DNA of 64,000 nt, from positions 578,619-642,618 of the forward strand of contig CP066688.1 in the NCBI GenBank assembly GCA_016432425.1, in the 5' to 3' direction. Below are positions 27,102 to 37,254 of the stretch, one piece after another (the first letter of the stretch is position 1; each line of letters opens with the position of its first letter). The DNA comes from Candidatus Daviesbacteria bacterium (lineage in GTDB: Bacteria; Patescibacteriota; Microgenomatia; Daviesbacterales; UBA10151). Both the position numbers and the translations under genes were made by a program. The notes under the pieces are model-generated. The model searched no databases. It had not been told where the DNA came from and saw only the letters and a list, made by a program, of their open reading frames with translations.

Positions 27102-28399
27102 TGTTAAAAACTTTTACTTTAAAAAATGGTATTAAAGTAGCCACTTACAACCTGCCTCAACTTAAATCTGTCTATTTGCATATTACGGTAAAGGGCGGAA
27201 ATCTTCTGGAAAACTCCCAAAATAATGGGGTGGCTCATTTCATGGAGCATATTTTAGTACAGGGTATCCCTTCATATCCCACCGCAGAAGGGCTCTCTTG
27301 GTTTATTGAAAGTTGTTCCGGCAGATATCAAGCGATGACCCATACTACTTCGATAGATTTTAATATTACTGTCCCTTTCAATCATCTAGAACAAGCTTTA
27401 CAAATTGCCAGCCAAGTTTTCTTTGCCCCGCTTTTCCCGGAGGAAGCTATTGAAAAAGAAAGAAGAGTGGTCATTAGCGAGATTAATGAAAGAAAAGATG
27501 CCAGTTGGTATAAAAGAGCAGAATTTTTTAGAAAAGTAAGATTTCAAGAAAAACACCCTTTAACATTAGACGGAGGGGGATCTTTAGAAGTAGTTAAAAA
27601 CTTGCAAAGGCAGGATCTAGTTGGATTTTGGGAAAAATATTTTACGACCGGTAACACTTATCTATTGATTACCGGTAATTTCCTCTACACTAATTTAAAA
27701 AAGTTGATTAAAAAATATTTGGAGGAAGTATCCCCAAAAGAAAGAGACAATTTTCCCGATCTTTCTAACCAAGATTTTAGCGGCCGTCAAGTAGCAATCA
27801 GAGAAGATAATGCCTTGCAGCTGATTTATTTAGATTTAACATCTCCCGCTTTATCGCTGGCTGATTCCTTAAGAGAGCGGGTTATCTTAAATTTAGCATT
27901 GGTTATTTTTGGCCGGCTGCGCAATAGCCGTTTATTTAAACTGCTCCGCTACCAAAAAGGTTTAGTTTATGATGTGAGTGCCGGGGCCAACTTGTATCCG
28001 GGCTTGGGCTATATTTACATATCTTCCCAAGTGTTATATGAGCATTTAGATGAAGTATTGACCATTATCTGTCAAGAGGTGGAAAACTTTGTGAAGTTTG
28101 GGCTAACTGAAGAAGAGCTGGAATTTGCCAGGAATTTCTTGATTAACCAATGGTTGATGTCCTTTGACCATCCTAACAACATCGCGGGGTGGATTTTGCA
28201 GGACCTATTTTGGGAGAAGAGTATTCAATTGCCGGAATACTATATTTCTTTGGTTAAAAAAATTAAATTATCAGATGTCAAAAAGGTGATGAAAAAACAT
28301 TGGGGTTTTGGTAAGCTTAATTTAACCTTGCAAGGACCAATTAAAAACTCTAAAGAAAATATTAAAAAGTATTCTCGAATATTGGAGAATTTAAAATGA
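27101..28399 (+). CDS. M16 family zinc peptidase
   Basis: GVAHFMEH inverzincin motif, SRLF..LR...GLVY. Confidence 0.88.
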   Translation: MLKTFTLKNGIKVATYNLPQLKSVYLHITVKGGNLLENSQNNGVAHFMEHILVQGIPSYPTAEGLSWFIESCSGRYQAMTHTTSIDFNITVPFNHLEQALQIASQVFFAPLFPEEAIEKERRVVISEINERKDASWYKRAEFFRKVRFQEKHPLTLDGGGSLEVVKNLQRQDLVGFWEKYFTTGNTYLLITGNFLYTNLKKLIKKYLEEVSPKERDNFPDLSNQDFSGRQVAIREDNALQLIYLDLTSPALSLADSLRERVILNLALVIFGRLRNSRLFKLLRYQKGLVYDVSAGANLYPGLGYIYISSQVLYEHLDEVLTIICQEVENFVKFGLTEEELEFARNFLINQWLMSFDHPNNIAGWILQDLFWEKSIQLPEYYISLVKKIKLSDVKKVMKKHWGFGKLNLTLQGPIKNSKENIKKYSRILENLK

Positions 28400-28809
28400 G
28401 TGACGGAATTAAAGGTTTGATCTCAGATATAAATGAAGCCGGGGTTAAGCCGGTGGCGGATGAGGTAGGTAAGGCTATGGAGCAGGCAGCTCAGTCAGTT
28501 ATACAAGGTGCCGGCTCAAACCAAACTAAGGTTGCCAACTCTCCTGCCGGGCAAAATCCTCAAAAACAAGCTGAAGACCAAGCTGGTTTAATAGAAGCCA
28601 GAAGAAAGATAGCTTTTTGGAAAAATTTAGCTGATGAACAGGCTAAACTAAGGGCGCAGCAGAAAGCCAAAGAGGAAGAAAGATTAAAAGCAGAGGAAAA
28701 GAAAAAGGAGATTAAACAATTTGCAAGGATTAAAAAACAAGAATCCCTGAATACTGCTGTTAGAAACGCTCAAACTAAAACAGAAATCAAAAAAGGAGTA
28801 GGAGGCTAG
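28396..28809 (+). CDS. Hypothetical coiled-coil protein
   Basis: ATGA overlap with the upstream gene; charged helical C-terminus. Confidence 0.6.
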   Translation: MSDGIKGLISDINEAGVKPVADEVGKAMEQAAQSVIQGAGSNQTKVANSPAGQNPQKQAEDQAGLIEARRKIAFWKNLADEQAKLRAQQKAKEEERLKAEEKKKEIKQFARIKKQESLNTAVRNAQTKTEIKKGVGG

Positions 28810-28865
28810 ATCAGTAGATTTTAAGAGTAAAAAGGTGTACAATGTCAAGATCAAATTCTAAAATT

Positions 28866-29048
28866 ATGGTAGAACAAAACAAAGGCGAAGGTGAAGAAAT
28901 ATCTCCAGATGTACGGGCCGTACTAGAAGCAGAAGCCCATGAGGCAGAAGTTCAGGCAGCCATGGATGCAGCAGCTGAAGAAGGCCGCATTATTACCCGG
29001 GAAGAAGCTAAGCAAATTTTACAGCAAGATAACCCGCCCACTCCTTAA
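28866..29048 (+). CDS. Small acidic protein, candidate Fic antitoxin
   Basis: AAAEEGRIITREEAKQIL resembles the Fic inhibitory helix; directly upstream of a Fic gene. Confidence 0.5.
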   Translation: MVEQNKGEGEEISPDVRAVLEAEAHEAEVQAAMDAAAEEGRIITREEAKQILQQDNPPTP

Positions 29049-29081
29049 TAAATATTCTCTATGATACTATAAGAGTAGAAT

Positions 29082-29909
29082 ATGGAAACTTACTCCAAGA
29101 TACAGGTAGATGAGGGGGAACGGAAAGATCAAGTTGTTTTTGGTGGACAAAGAGCAATGCGTTTTGTAAAAGATGTAGTAGCAGGCAAAGCAGTTGATGG
29201 TAGAAGATATAAGTTTGATAGTGACTTAATAATGGAGCTTCACAGAAGGGTAGCAATGGCTCCAGGCATAGTAAACTTTTTGCGCCAGACAGATTCAACT
29301 ACTGTCGGAGGAGAAACAGTAGGGTCCTACAGACAACTAGAGGTGAAAATGCAACTTTTCGGCAGATGGTTGGGAGAAGAGATGGAGTTACTTAAGGAGA
29401 ATTCGGAAGATATTGTTTTGGCGCTGTATATTGCAGCTTCGGTCCATTACGGTTTGACTCAACCCGGTTTTCATCCTTTTGATAATGGTAATGGGCGGAC
29501 AGGGAGGGCTTTAATGAATATGGTACTTATGTCCCAATCTTATGAGTTAACAGCTTTGGGCATGGCCATTCCACCCATCCCTATTATCCGGACCGATAAA
29601 GATGAAGGCCATTATATTCGCTCTCTTAGAGCAGCGGGCCAAACTAAAACAATGAATCCTTTTATGACTTTTATTGCTCAAAAATGGTTGGAATTTTTAA
29701 AACAAAGAATGGAGAATTTTCAAGCTAAGGTTAAAAATCCTAAAACTGATGCGGATAAAAAATTCTTTGATAAAATGGAAAGAAGAAGAGAGTTGTTAGA
29801 GCAGTTTATCCATGCAGGTAATCGAGGGGATAGCGAATATCAAGTTTACCCTATTCCTGATTATTTCGCCCCCCGTCATATTAAATTCTCCTATGCTGAA
29901 ACTGTTTAA
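29082..29909 (+). CDS. Fic domain protein (AMPylase-type motif)
   Basis: HPFDNGNGRTGR. Confidence 0.88.
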   Translation: METYSKIQVDEGERKDQVVFGGQRAMRFVKDVVAGKAVDGRRYKFDSDLIMELHRRVAMAPGIVNFLRQTDSTTVGGETVGSYRQLEVKMQLFGRWLGEEMELLKENSEDIVLALYIAASVHYGLTQPGFHPFDNGNGRTGRALMNMVLMSQSYELTALGMAIPPIPIIRTDKDEGHYIRSLRAAGQTKTMNPFMTFIAQKWLEFLKQRMENFQAKVKNPKTDADKKFFDKMERRRELLEQFIHAGNRGDSEYQVYPIPDYFAPRHIKFSYAETV

Positions 29910-31257
29910 TTCTTTAACCAGAAAGATTGAGGAGTTTACTCCGCTACATCCGCCTCAGGTAGGATTTTATACCTGTGGCCCTACTGTTTATGATTACATG
30001 CATATTGGGAATTTACGCACCTTTGTGCTGTCCGATTTATTAATTAGAGTTTTAAAACAAAATGGGTATCAGGTTAAATCTGTCCGAAACATTACTGATA
30101 TTGACGATAAAATTATTGCCCGCGCCAAAGAAAAGTCTCTCTCTATCCAAAAATTGGCTAACGAATATACAAAGGCTTTTTTTGCAGATTTGGATAAATT
30201 AAATATTTTACCAGTAGATGTTAACCCCAAAGCTACCGAACATATTGGTCAAATGGTTAAGTATATTGAGGAGTTAATCAAAAAAGGAGTGGCTTATGAA
30301 AAAGACGGCTCAGTTTATTTTGATATTTCAAAATTTCCCGAGTATGGAAAACTCTCCGGCTTAGAGGGCCGGACCCTGAAAACCGGTACCAGGATTTTGT
30401 CAGATGAATATTCCAAAGATGATGTGCAGGATTTTGCCCTCTGGAAAGCAGTTAGCCCGGATGAGGGTAGCCCTTCGGCAAGCTCAGGATCTGCGAGTTG
30501 GTCCTCCCCCTGGGGAAAGGGTCGGCCGGGCTGGCATATTGAATGTTCTGTTATGTCCCAGGAATATTTGGGGGAAACTTTTGATTTGCATACCGGGGGA
30601 GTAGATTTGCTTTTCCCTCATCACGAAAATGAAATTGCCCAAGCGGAGGCCAAAACCACAAAGCCATTTGTCAGATTTTTTGTTCATGGTGAACATATGT
30701 TGGTGGAGGGAGCCAAGATGAGTAAGTCTTTAAATAATTTTTATACTTTAAAAGATTTAGAGAAACGGGGTTTTAACCCGCTGGCACTGCGGTATTTATT
30801 TTTAACAGCCCACTGGCGGGATAAATTAAATTTTACCTGGGACAGTTTGACTGCTGCCCAAAATACTTTAAATAAAATTCGAGAACAACTGCGGGATTTT
30901 GACCCACCAGAAATTGGCTGTAGTGAATTTGAACAAAAATTTACAGAGGCTATTAACAATGACCTAAATTTACCCCAGGCTCTGGCAGTCATGCATGACC
31001 TTTTGGGAAGCGATTATGCCACTTCCGCCAAAGCAAAAACTCTTTTAAAAATGGATGAAGTGTTGGGACTGGGGCTGGAAAAATATATTGGCCAAAAAAT
31101 TGAAGTTCCAACTCATGTGCAAAAATTAATTGACCAGCGGGAAGAGACTCGGATAGCCGGGGATTTTAATAAATCAGATCAGCTGCGGGCGGAAATTAAA
31201 AAATTAGGTTTTGAAATAGAGGATACAGCTTCCGGGCCTAAGATTAAAAAAGTTTAA
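29893..31257 (+). CDS. cysS: Cysteine--tRNA ligase
   Basis: CGPTVYD, HIGN, GRPGWHIECS, KMSKS; ATG at 29893. Confidence 0.97.
   Translation: MLKLFNSLTRKIEEFTPLHPPQVGFYTCGPTVYDYMHIGNLRTFVLSDLLIRVLKQNGYQVKSVRNITDIDDKIIARAKEKSLSIQKLANEYTKAFFADLDKLNILPVDVNPKATEHIGQMVKYIEELIKKGVAYEKDGSVYFDISKFPEYGKLSGLEGRTLKTGTRILSDEYSKDDVQDFALWKAVSPDEGSPSASSGSASWSSPWGKGRPGWHIECSVMSQEYLGETFDLHTGGVDLLFPHHENEIAQAEAKTTKPFVRFFVHGEHMLVEGAKMSKSLNNFYTLKDLEKRGFNPLALRYLFLTAHWRDKLNFTWDSLTAAQNTLNKIREQLRDFDPPEIGCSEFEQKFTEAINNDLNLPQALAVMHDLLGSDYATSAKAKTLLKMDEVLGLGLEKYIGQKIEVPTHVQKLIDQREETRIAGDFNKSDQLRAEIKKLGFEIEDTASGPKIKKV
30470..30490 (+). repeat. CTTCGGC..CTCAG element in frame in cysS (PSASSG)
   Basis: gcccttcggcaagctcaggat. 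Confidence 0.7.
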
Positions 31258-32030
31258 TGGATATTCTACAAGCAGTTATACTTTCAGTAGTAGAAGGAGT
31301 GACGGAGTTTTTACCCATTTCTTCTACTGCCCATCAGGTTTTAACTGCCCAGCTTTTATCAATTCCCCAAACGCAGTTTGTTAAAAGTTTTGAAATTTTT
31401 ATCCAACTGGGAGCAATTTTAGCAGTAATAGTTTTGTATTGGCGCAGAGTTTTAAAACAAAAAGAAATTTGGAAGAGAATTTTAATAGCTTTTTTACCTA
31501 CGGCTATAGTAGGACTATTGTTTTATAAAATTATCAAAGAAGTTTTAATCGGCAACATTGTCTTGACCTTGTGGGCTATTTTCCTGGGAGGGATTTTACT
31601 AATTTCATTGGAGCTGCTTTACAAAGAAAAGCAGCACCACGCGGCCGATATTAAAGATTTATCATACAGGCAATCTTTTTTAATTGGGCTCATACAGGCC
31701 TTATCAGTAGTTCCCGGTGTTTCCCGGGCCGGAGCGACCATCGTGGGGGCCTTAATGTTGGGAGCAAAAAGAGCAGTGGCGGTAGAGTTTTCTTTTCTTT
31801 TGGCTGTCCCGACACTTCTTTCCGCTGCCAGTTTAGATTTGATGAAAATGCAATTTCGTTTCAGTTTTGACGAATGGTTAGTTTTAATGGTGGGTTTTGG
31901 GGGGGCATTTGTCTCCGCCATGTTGGTTATTAAATGGTTTTTAAAATTTGTCTCTAAAAATAATTTTATTTCTTTTGGAGTATACAGAATTATTTTGGCC
32001 ATAGCTTTTGGGTTCTTCTTTCTCAAATGA
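31257..32030 (+). CDS. uppP: Undecaprenyl-diphosphatase
   Basis: EGVTEFLPISSTAH, PGVSRAG, EFSFLL. Confidence 0.95.
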   Translation: MDILQAVILSVVEGVTEFLPISSTAHQVLTAQLLSIPQTQFVKSFEIFIQLGAILAVIVLYWRRVLKQKEIWKRILIAFLPTAIVGLLFYKIIKEVLIGNIVLTLWAIFLGGILLISLELLYKEKQHHAADIKDLSYRQSFLIGLIQALSVVPGVSRAGATIVGALMLGAKRAVAVEFSFLLAVPTLLSAASLDLMKMQFRFSFDEWLVLMVGFGGAFVSAMLVIKWFLKFVSKNNFISFGVYRIILAIAFGFFFLK

Positions 32031-32076
32031 TTCTTGCATCTTGATGTAGGTAGCTCATTTTGTTAGACTTTCCCCT

Positions 32077-33336
32077 ATGTATCAGATGCAAACTTTAAAA
32101 AATGGTTTAACTCTCATTACCATCCCCATTCCCAGTTTAGATTCTGTTACTACACTTCTCTCTGTGGGAGCAGGGTCCCGCTATGAAACTCCCAAAATAA
32201 ACGGTATTTCCCATTTCCTAGAACACATGTTTTTTAAAGGCAGTCGAAAATTTCCCAGCGCAGAAGCAATTGCCAACTTGGTGGATGGGATTGGGGCAGT
32301 CAATAACGCGGCCACCAGCAAAGAATATACTTTTTACTGGATTAAATCTGCTGCCAAACACTTGGAACTCTCAGTGGAAATTATTGCCTCCATGCTGTCT
32401 GAACCGCTTTTCCAGGAAGAGGAGATCGAGCGGGAAAAAGGGGTCATTGTCGAAGAAATCCGCATGTATAAAGATAACCCCCAAGCTTATGTTTTTGACC
32501 TGTATGAAAGACTGCAGTTTGGGGATCAACCTTTGGGTTGGGAAATTGCCGGCTCTGAGCGAGTGATTAACTCCATTGCCCGCCAAAATTTTCTTGATTA
32601 TACTAAAAGCTTGTATGCCCCCAAAAATATGGCTTTAGTTTTTGCCGGGAAAATTCCTAAAAATATCAAACAAATTAGTGAGCGATATTTTACTGATCTG
32701 CCAGAGCATTTAAGTCAAAAACCGCTCCCTTTTAAAAAGATTAAACAAACTAAACCAAAATTAGGTTTGATGTATAAAAAAACCGATCAAGCCAATTTAA
32801 TTTTGGGGGTAGAAGGATTTGACCGCTATGATCAAAAAAGATATGCTTCCAAAGTTTTGGGGGCAATTTTAGGAGAGGGGATGTCTTCCAGATTATTTTT
32901 ACAAGTTCGGGAAAGAAGAGGCCTGGCTTACCGAATAAATGCCAGTCCGGATTTTTATTTAGATACAGGAACCTTTGTAGTTTATGCCGGGCTAAAACTG
33001 GAAAAGGTTGAAGAGGGGCTGGAAGTAATTATTGCAGAGTTACTAAGAGTTACCAGGGAATTAGTCACAGAGGAGGAACTGAAAAAAGCCAAAGAGTTAA
33101 TTAGAGGGAGGCTGGCCATCCGGGGAGAGTCGACCAATTTTCTGGCAGAATATTTTGGGGTAGATTTTGTCTTGGACCACAAACTGGAAACCTTTGAGGA
33201 GCATTTGAGAAAGATTGATCAAGTCAGCGCTGCTGAGGTGAAAAAAGTGGCCGCTGAACTGTTTGCGCCGAACAGATTTAACTTACAAATTATTGGGCCA
33301 TTTCGGGACGCAAATAAATTTGCCAAAATTTTATAA
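32077..33336 (+). CDS. M16 family zinc peptidase
   Basis: GSRYE, GISHFLEHMFFKG, SSRLF..VRERRGLAY. Confidence 0.92.
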   Translation: MYQMQTLKNGLTLITIPIPSLDSVTTLLSVGAGSRYETPKINGISHFLEHMFFKGSRKFPSAEAIANLVDGIGAVNNAATSKEYTFYWIKSAAKHLELSVEIIASMLSEPLFQEEEIEREKGVIVEEIRMYKDNPQAYVFDLYERLQFGDQPLGWEIAGSERVINSIARQNFLDYTKSLYAPKNMALVFAGKIPKNIKQISERYFTDLPEHLSQKPLPFKKIKQTKPKLGLMYKKTDQANLILGVEGFDRYDQKRYASKVLGAILGEGMSSRLFLQVRERRGLAYRINASPDFYLDTGTFVVYAGLKLEKVEEGLEVIIAELLRVTRELVTEEELKKAKELIRGRLAIRGESTNFLAEYFGVDFVLDHKLETFEEHLRKIDQVSAAEVKKVAAELFAPNRFNLQIIGPFRDANKFAKIL

Positions 33337-33340
33337 ACTT

Positions 33341-34462
33341 ATGAAAAAAGCTCTGTCTTTACATGCTAAATTCCCCGGTAAAATTGGTACCCAAATTTTA
33401 ACTCCTGTTAAAAACAGAACTGGTCTTTCTTTAGTTTACACTCCCGGAGTGGCAGAAGTTTCCCAAGCTATTGCCAAAAATAGGAAACTGGTCAACAAAT
33501 ATACCCTCAAAGGTAGAACTGTGGCCATAGTCAGTGACGGCTCCGCGGTTTTGGGTTTGGGTAACGTGGGACCAGCGGCAGCTTTGCCGGTGATGGAGGG
33601 TAAGGCGCTGCTTTTTAAAGCTTTTGCCAACTTGGATGCTTACCCAATTTGTTTGGATACGCAGGAGCCAGCAGAAATTATCCAAATTGTCAAAGCCTTA
33701 ACCCCCAGTTTTGGGGCAGTTAATCTGGAAGATATTGCCGCCCCCAAATGTTTTGCCATTGAAGAAGCTTTACAGGATATTGGTATTCCGGTGATGCATG
33801 ATGACCAACATGGTACGGCAGTGGTGGTACTGGCAGCTTTAATTAACAGTGCCAAAGTGGTGGGTAAAAAGATGGGCAATTTAAAAGTGGTAGTTAATGG
33901 GGCCGGAGCAGCCGGTAATGCTATTGCTAATTTAGTGAGAAATCAAGTCAGTGAAGTGATTGTTTTGGATAGTACCGGAATTATTTATCAAGGTCGTCCA
34001 GGGCTCGATCCTTACAAAGAGAAACTGGCCCAAGTTACCAATAGAGAGTTTAGGACAGGGGATTTAAAAATAGCTTTGCAGGGGGCGGATGTTTTTATCG
34101 GGGTATCCAGGGGTAATTTGTTAAAACGCGCCGATGTTAAATTAATGAATGAGAGGGCAATCGTTTTAGCCATGGCCAACCCGAATCCGGAAATCCTGCC
34201 TGAGGAAGCACTAAAAGGTGGGGCCGCTGTGGTGGCAACCGGCCGCTCGGATTTTCCCAATCAGGTAAATAATGCCTTGGCTTTTCCGGGAATTTTTAAA
34301 GGAGTGTTGCAATCAGGTAAAGTTAAAATTACCACGGAAATGAAAATGGCAGCTGCCCACGCGATTGCTAAGCTGGTGGAAAAGCCAACCCCGGGAAGTA
34401 TTATTCCCAGTATTTTTGACAAAAAAGTAGTGCCGGCAGTAGCCAAGGCGGTGGCGCGTTGA
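33341..34462 (+). CDS. NAD(P)-dependent malic enzyme
   Basis: YTPGVA, SDGSAVLGLG, VMEGKA, HDDQHGT, GAGAAG, ATGRSDFPNQVNN; ATG at 33341. Confidence 0.93.
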   Translation: MKKALSLHAKFPGKIGTQILTPVKNRTGLSLVYTPGVAEVSQAIAKNRKLVNKYTLKGRTVAIVSDGSAVLGLGNVGPAAALPVMEGKALLFKAFANLDAYPICLDTQEPAEIIQIVKALTPSFGAVNLEDIAAPKCFAIEEALQDIGIPVMHDDQHGTAVVVLAALINSAKVVGKKMGNLKVVVNGAGAAGNAIANLVRNQVSEVIVLDSTGIIYQGRPGLDPYKEKLAQVTNREFRTGDLKIALQGADVFIGVSRGNLLKRADVKLMNERAIVLAMANPNPEILPEEALKGGAAVVATGRSDFPNQVNNALAFPGIFKGVLQSGKVKITTEMKMAAAHAIAKLVEKPTPGSIIPSIFDKKVVPAVAKAVAR

Positions 34463-35949
34463 TGCTAAGATTAATTGATGCTTTTTTAAACGGGGTGACA
34501 ATGTACCGTTTAATGATGTATGTGTTGTCAGGACTACTTTTTCTAGCCACTATTTTTAGTTTTTTCCAACTGCTTCCTTTTGCTCCGCTACCCTTGATTT
34601 TTACCAGCATAATACTTTCTGCCACCGCTTATTTAGCTAATGAAATTTTAGCCAAAATCTTTCAAGCTCCGGCAAATTTTGAGTCAATTTTTATTACCAG
34701 TTTAATTTTATCTTTAATTATTAGTCCCATAAATTCTCTAAACGAAGTGCCAATATTAATGCTGGTGGCTGTTTTGGCTGCCTCTTCCAAATTTATTTTG
34801 GCCCTTCATCATAAACATATTTTTAACCCGGCTGCTCTGGCAATTGTTCTGGTGCCGCTTTTGACTACTTTTGGTCCTAGTTGGTGGGTGGGAGAACCGG
34901 TCATGTTAGCACCCACCCTCATTGGTGGATTTTTAATTGTCAGAAAAATAAAAAGATGGGATTTGGTATTGAGCTTTTTGGCTGTTTTTTCTTTAGTAAC
35001 TTTTGGCGCATCTTTTTTAAAGGGGGCGGATTATGGGCAATTAATAAGGGGTTTTTCCAGCAGCTTTTTAGTGTTGTTTTTTGCCACTGTTATGTTAACA
35101 GAACCTCAAACTACTCCACCTGTTAAAGCTTGGCGCATACTTTATGGCAGTTTAGTGGGGGCAATTTTAGGATCCAATTTTCATTTAGGTCCGTTTTATA
35201 CTACTCCTGAATTATCTTTGATCCTGGGGAATATTTTCTCCTTTTTAGTTTCCCCCAAAGAAAAATTAATTTTACCCCTCCAAGAAAAAATTAAATATTC
35301 TCCCGTGCTTTATGATTTTGTTTTTAAACTAGATCGCCCATTTAATTATTTATCGGGGCAATTTATGGAGTGGACTTATGCCTTAAAAAAATTAGACAGT
35401 CGTGGCAATCGTCGCTTTTTTACGCTAGCTTCTTCCCCGACAGAAGAGACTTTAAGGATAGGAGTCAGATTTTCTGAAAACGGTAGCGCTTTTAAGGCTC
35501 AACTGCTGGAGATGAAAAAAGGAGAAAAAATTGTGGCAAGTCTACTATCTGGAAATTTTACCTTACCAAGTGACTTAAACCAAAAACTAACTTTTCTGGC
35601 CGGAGGAGTGGGCATTACCCCTTTTAGGAGTATGGTTAAATATTTGCTGGACAAACAAGAAAAAAGGGATATTATTTTGCTTTACTGTGTTAAAACCAAT
35701 GCCGATGCCATTTATTTAAAATTGTTTAACCAAGCCAAAGATTTAGGAGTTAAAACTGTAGTCAAAGAAACTGACAAAACTGGGGTTGTAACTAAAGAAG
35801 TGATTGCCTCCCAAATTCCGGATTTTAAAGAAAGATTATTTTATCTATCTGGGCCTTATGGTATGGTGACCTCTTTTAAAAAGGTGCTTTCCGAGATGGG
35901 TATTCCCGCCTCGCAAATTAAGACAGATTATTTCCCCGGCTATGTTTAA
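34462..35949 (+). CDS. RnfD/NqrB-like membrane domain fused to an FNR-type FAD/NAD(P)H oxidoreductase
   Basis: HIFNPAA and TEPQTTP in the TM part; RRFFTLASSP, AGGVGITPF, YLSGP, DYF in the C-terminal part. Confidence 0.8.
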   Translation: MLRLIDAFLNGVTMYRLMMYVLSGLLFLATIFSFFQLLPFAPLPLIFTSIILSATAYLANEILAKIFQAPANFESIFITSLILSLIISPINSLNEVPILMLVAVLAASSKFILALHHKHIFNPAALAIVLVPLLTTFGPSWWVGEPVMLAPTLIGGFLIVRKIKRWDLVLSFLAVFSLVTFGASFLKGADYGQLIRGFSSSFLVLFFATVMLTEPQTTPPVKAWRILYGSLVGAILGSNFHLGPFYTTPELSLILGNIFSFLVSPKEKLILPLQEKIKYSPVLYDFVFKLDRPFNYLSGQFMEWTYALKKLDSRGNRRFFTLASSPTEETLRIGVRFSENGSAFKAQLLEMKKGEKIVASLLSGNFTLPSDLNQKLTFLAGGVGITPFRSMVKYLLDKQEKRDIILLYCVKTNADAIYLKLFNQAKDLGVKTVVKETDKTGVVTKEVIASQIPDFKERLFYLSGPYGMVTSFKKVLSEMGIPASQIKTDYFPGYV

Positions 35950-36044
35950 GTAACTCTGATTTGGATTTTTTTACCAGACTCTTACTAGATTTTTAAGTGA
36001 AGCTAGATAATCTATGCTATTTTGGTAAATCAGGGGGTGAGGAA

Positions 36045-36221
36045 ATGGCTAACTATGATCAAAAATCCCAAGAAGCAGTGGGGCAGATGATGAGAAAAAT
36101 GAAAGAGGGTAGACTGAAAAGTGGTCGTAGCGGTAAGATAGTAAGAAGCCGCAAGCAAGCGATTGCCATTGGGCTCTCAGAAGCCAGGAAAAAAGGTGCC
36201 CATATCCCATCTTCTGGATAA
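36045..36221 (+). CDS. Small basic DUF6496-like protein
   Basis: LKSGRSGK.V.SRKQAIAIGLSEARKKG; GGGGGTGAGG SD. Confidence 0.75.
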   Translation: MANYDQKSQEAVGQMMRKMKEGRLKSGRSGKIVRSRKQAIAIGLSEARKKGAHIPSSG

Positions 36222-36231
36222 AAATTTTCGG

Positions 36232-37254
36232 ATGAAGCAAACGATTGTCTTGGCTTTACTAGGATTATTAATTTTTCTATTTTTATCAGCGAAGCTAAAT
36301 CAATCTAACCTGGTCACAACTGTCAGCCAAATAAATGTTACTAAAGACGCTTTAGCCATAGAAGAAATGAGACAAAAATCTTACCCGGGAAGTGATTTAA
36401 AAATTGAACAAACCCTGGATGATGGTGGAAATTACCATCAATATATCGCCTCTTACCAATCAGAGGGTTTAAAAATTTATGGGCTCTTAACAGTGCCTTT
36501 AGGAGAAAAGCCCAACGACGGTTGGCCGGCCATTTTATTTAACCATGGTTATATCCCTCCGGCCCAATATCAAACAACGGAAAAGTATGTTGATTATGTA
36601 AATGCTTTTGCCTCAAACAGCTATATTGTTTTTAAAAGTGATTATCGGGGGCATGGGCAGTCACAAGGGGAGCCTTCTGGAGCATATTATTCTCCGGCCT
36701 ATACGGTTGATGTTTTAAATGCCCTATCTTCTTTAAAAAAATTTCCGGATGCCAACCCTAATAAAATTGGTATGTGGGGGCATTCTTTGGGAGGAAATAT
36801 AACTTTGCGAAGCTTAGTGATTTCTTCTGCTGATATTAAAGCTGCAGTAATCTGGAATGGGGTGGTGGGGACTTATGATGATTTGATGAATAATTGGCGA
36901 AGGAGAGTAACTTATAGTCCCCCGCCAAATCAGTTAGCTTTAAGAAGCCTGCATCGCAATAACTTAATTAAAAAATATGGGTCGCTGGCTGATAACCCTA
37001 ATTTTTGGCATTCCATTGACCCCAATTATTATATTCAGGATATTGCTGCTCCGGTTCAGCTTCATGCCGGACTGTCAGACGAAGAAGTCCCTTGGCAATT
37101 TTCTGAAGGTCTATATAATAGATTAAAGGAGGCTAAAAAAGAGGTGAAATTTTATACTTATCTGGAAGCAGACCACAATCTGTCGCAGCCTTTTAGTGTG
37201 GCCATACAAAGATCAATAGATTTTTTTGACCAATATTTGAAAGGAGGTGAATGA
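36232..37254 (+). CDS. Membrane-anchored alpha/beta hydrolase (S9-like peptidase)
   Basis: NHGY, DYRGHG, GHSLGG nucleophile, D and H triad residues. Confidence 0.85.
   Translation: MKQTIVLALLGLLIFLFLSAKLNQSNLVTTVSQINVTKDALAIEEMRQKSYPGSDLKIEQTLDDGGNYHQYIASYQSEGLKIYGLLTVPLGEKPNDGWPAILFNHGYIPPAQYQTTEKYVDYVNAFASNSYIVFKSDYRGHGQSQGEPSGAYYSPAYTVDVLNALSSLKKFPDANPNKIGMWGHSLGGNITLRSLVISSADIKAAVIWNGVVGTYDDLMNNWRRRVTYSPPPNQLALRSLHRNNLIKKYGSLADNPNFWHSIDPNYYIQDIAAPVQLHAGLSDEEVPWQFSEGLYNRLKEAKKEVKFYTYLEADHNLSQPFSVAIQRSIDFFDQYLKGGE

Noticed and set aside
29812-29892. Long N-terminal extensions of cysS (also pyrE, mreC, tmk, malic enzyme, recR, hydrolase 36163)
   Set aside because: Longest-ORF artefacts; downstream ATGs match family N-termini and promoter spacing
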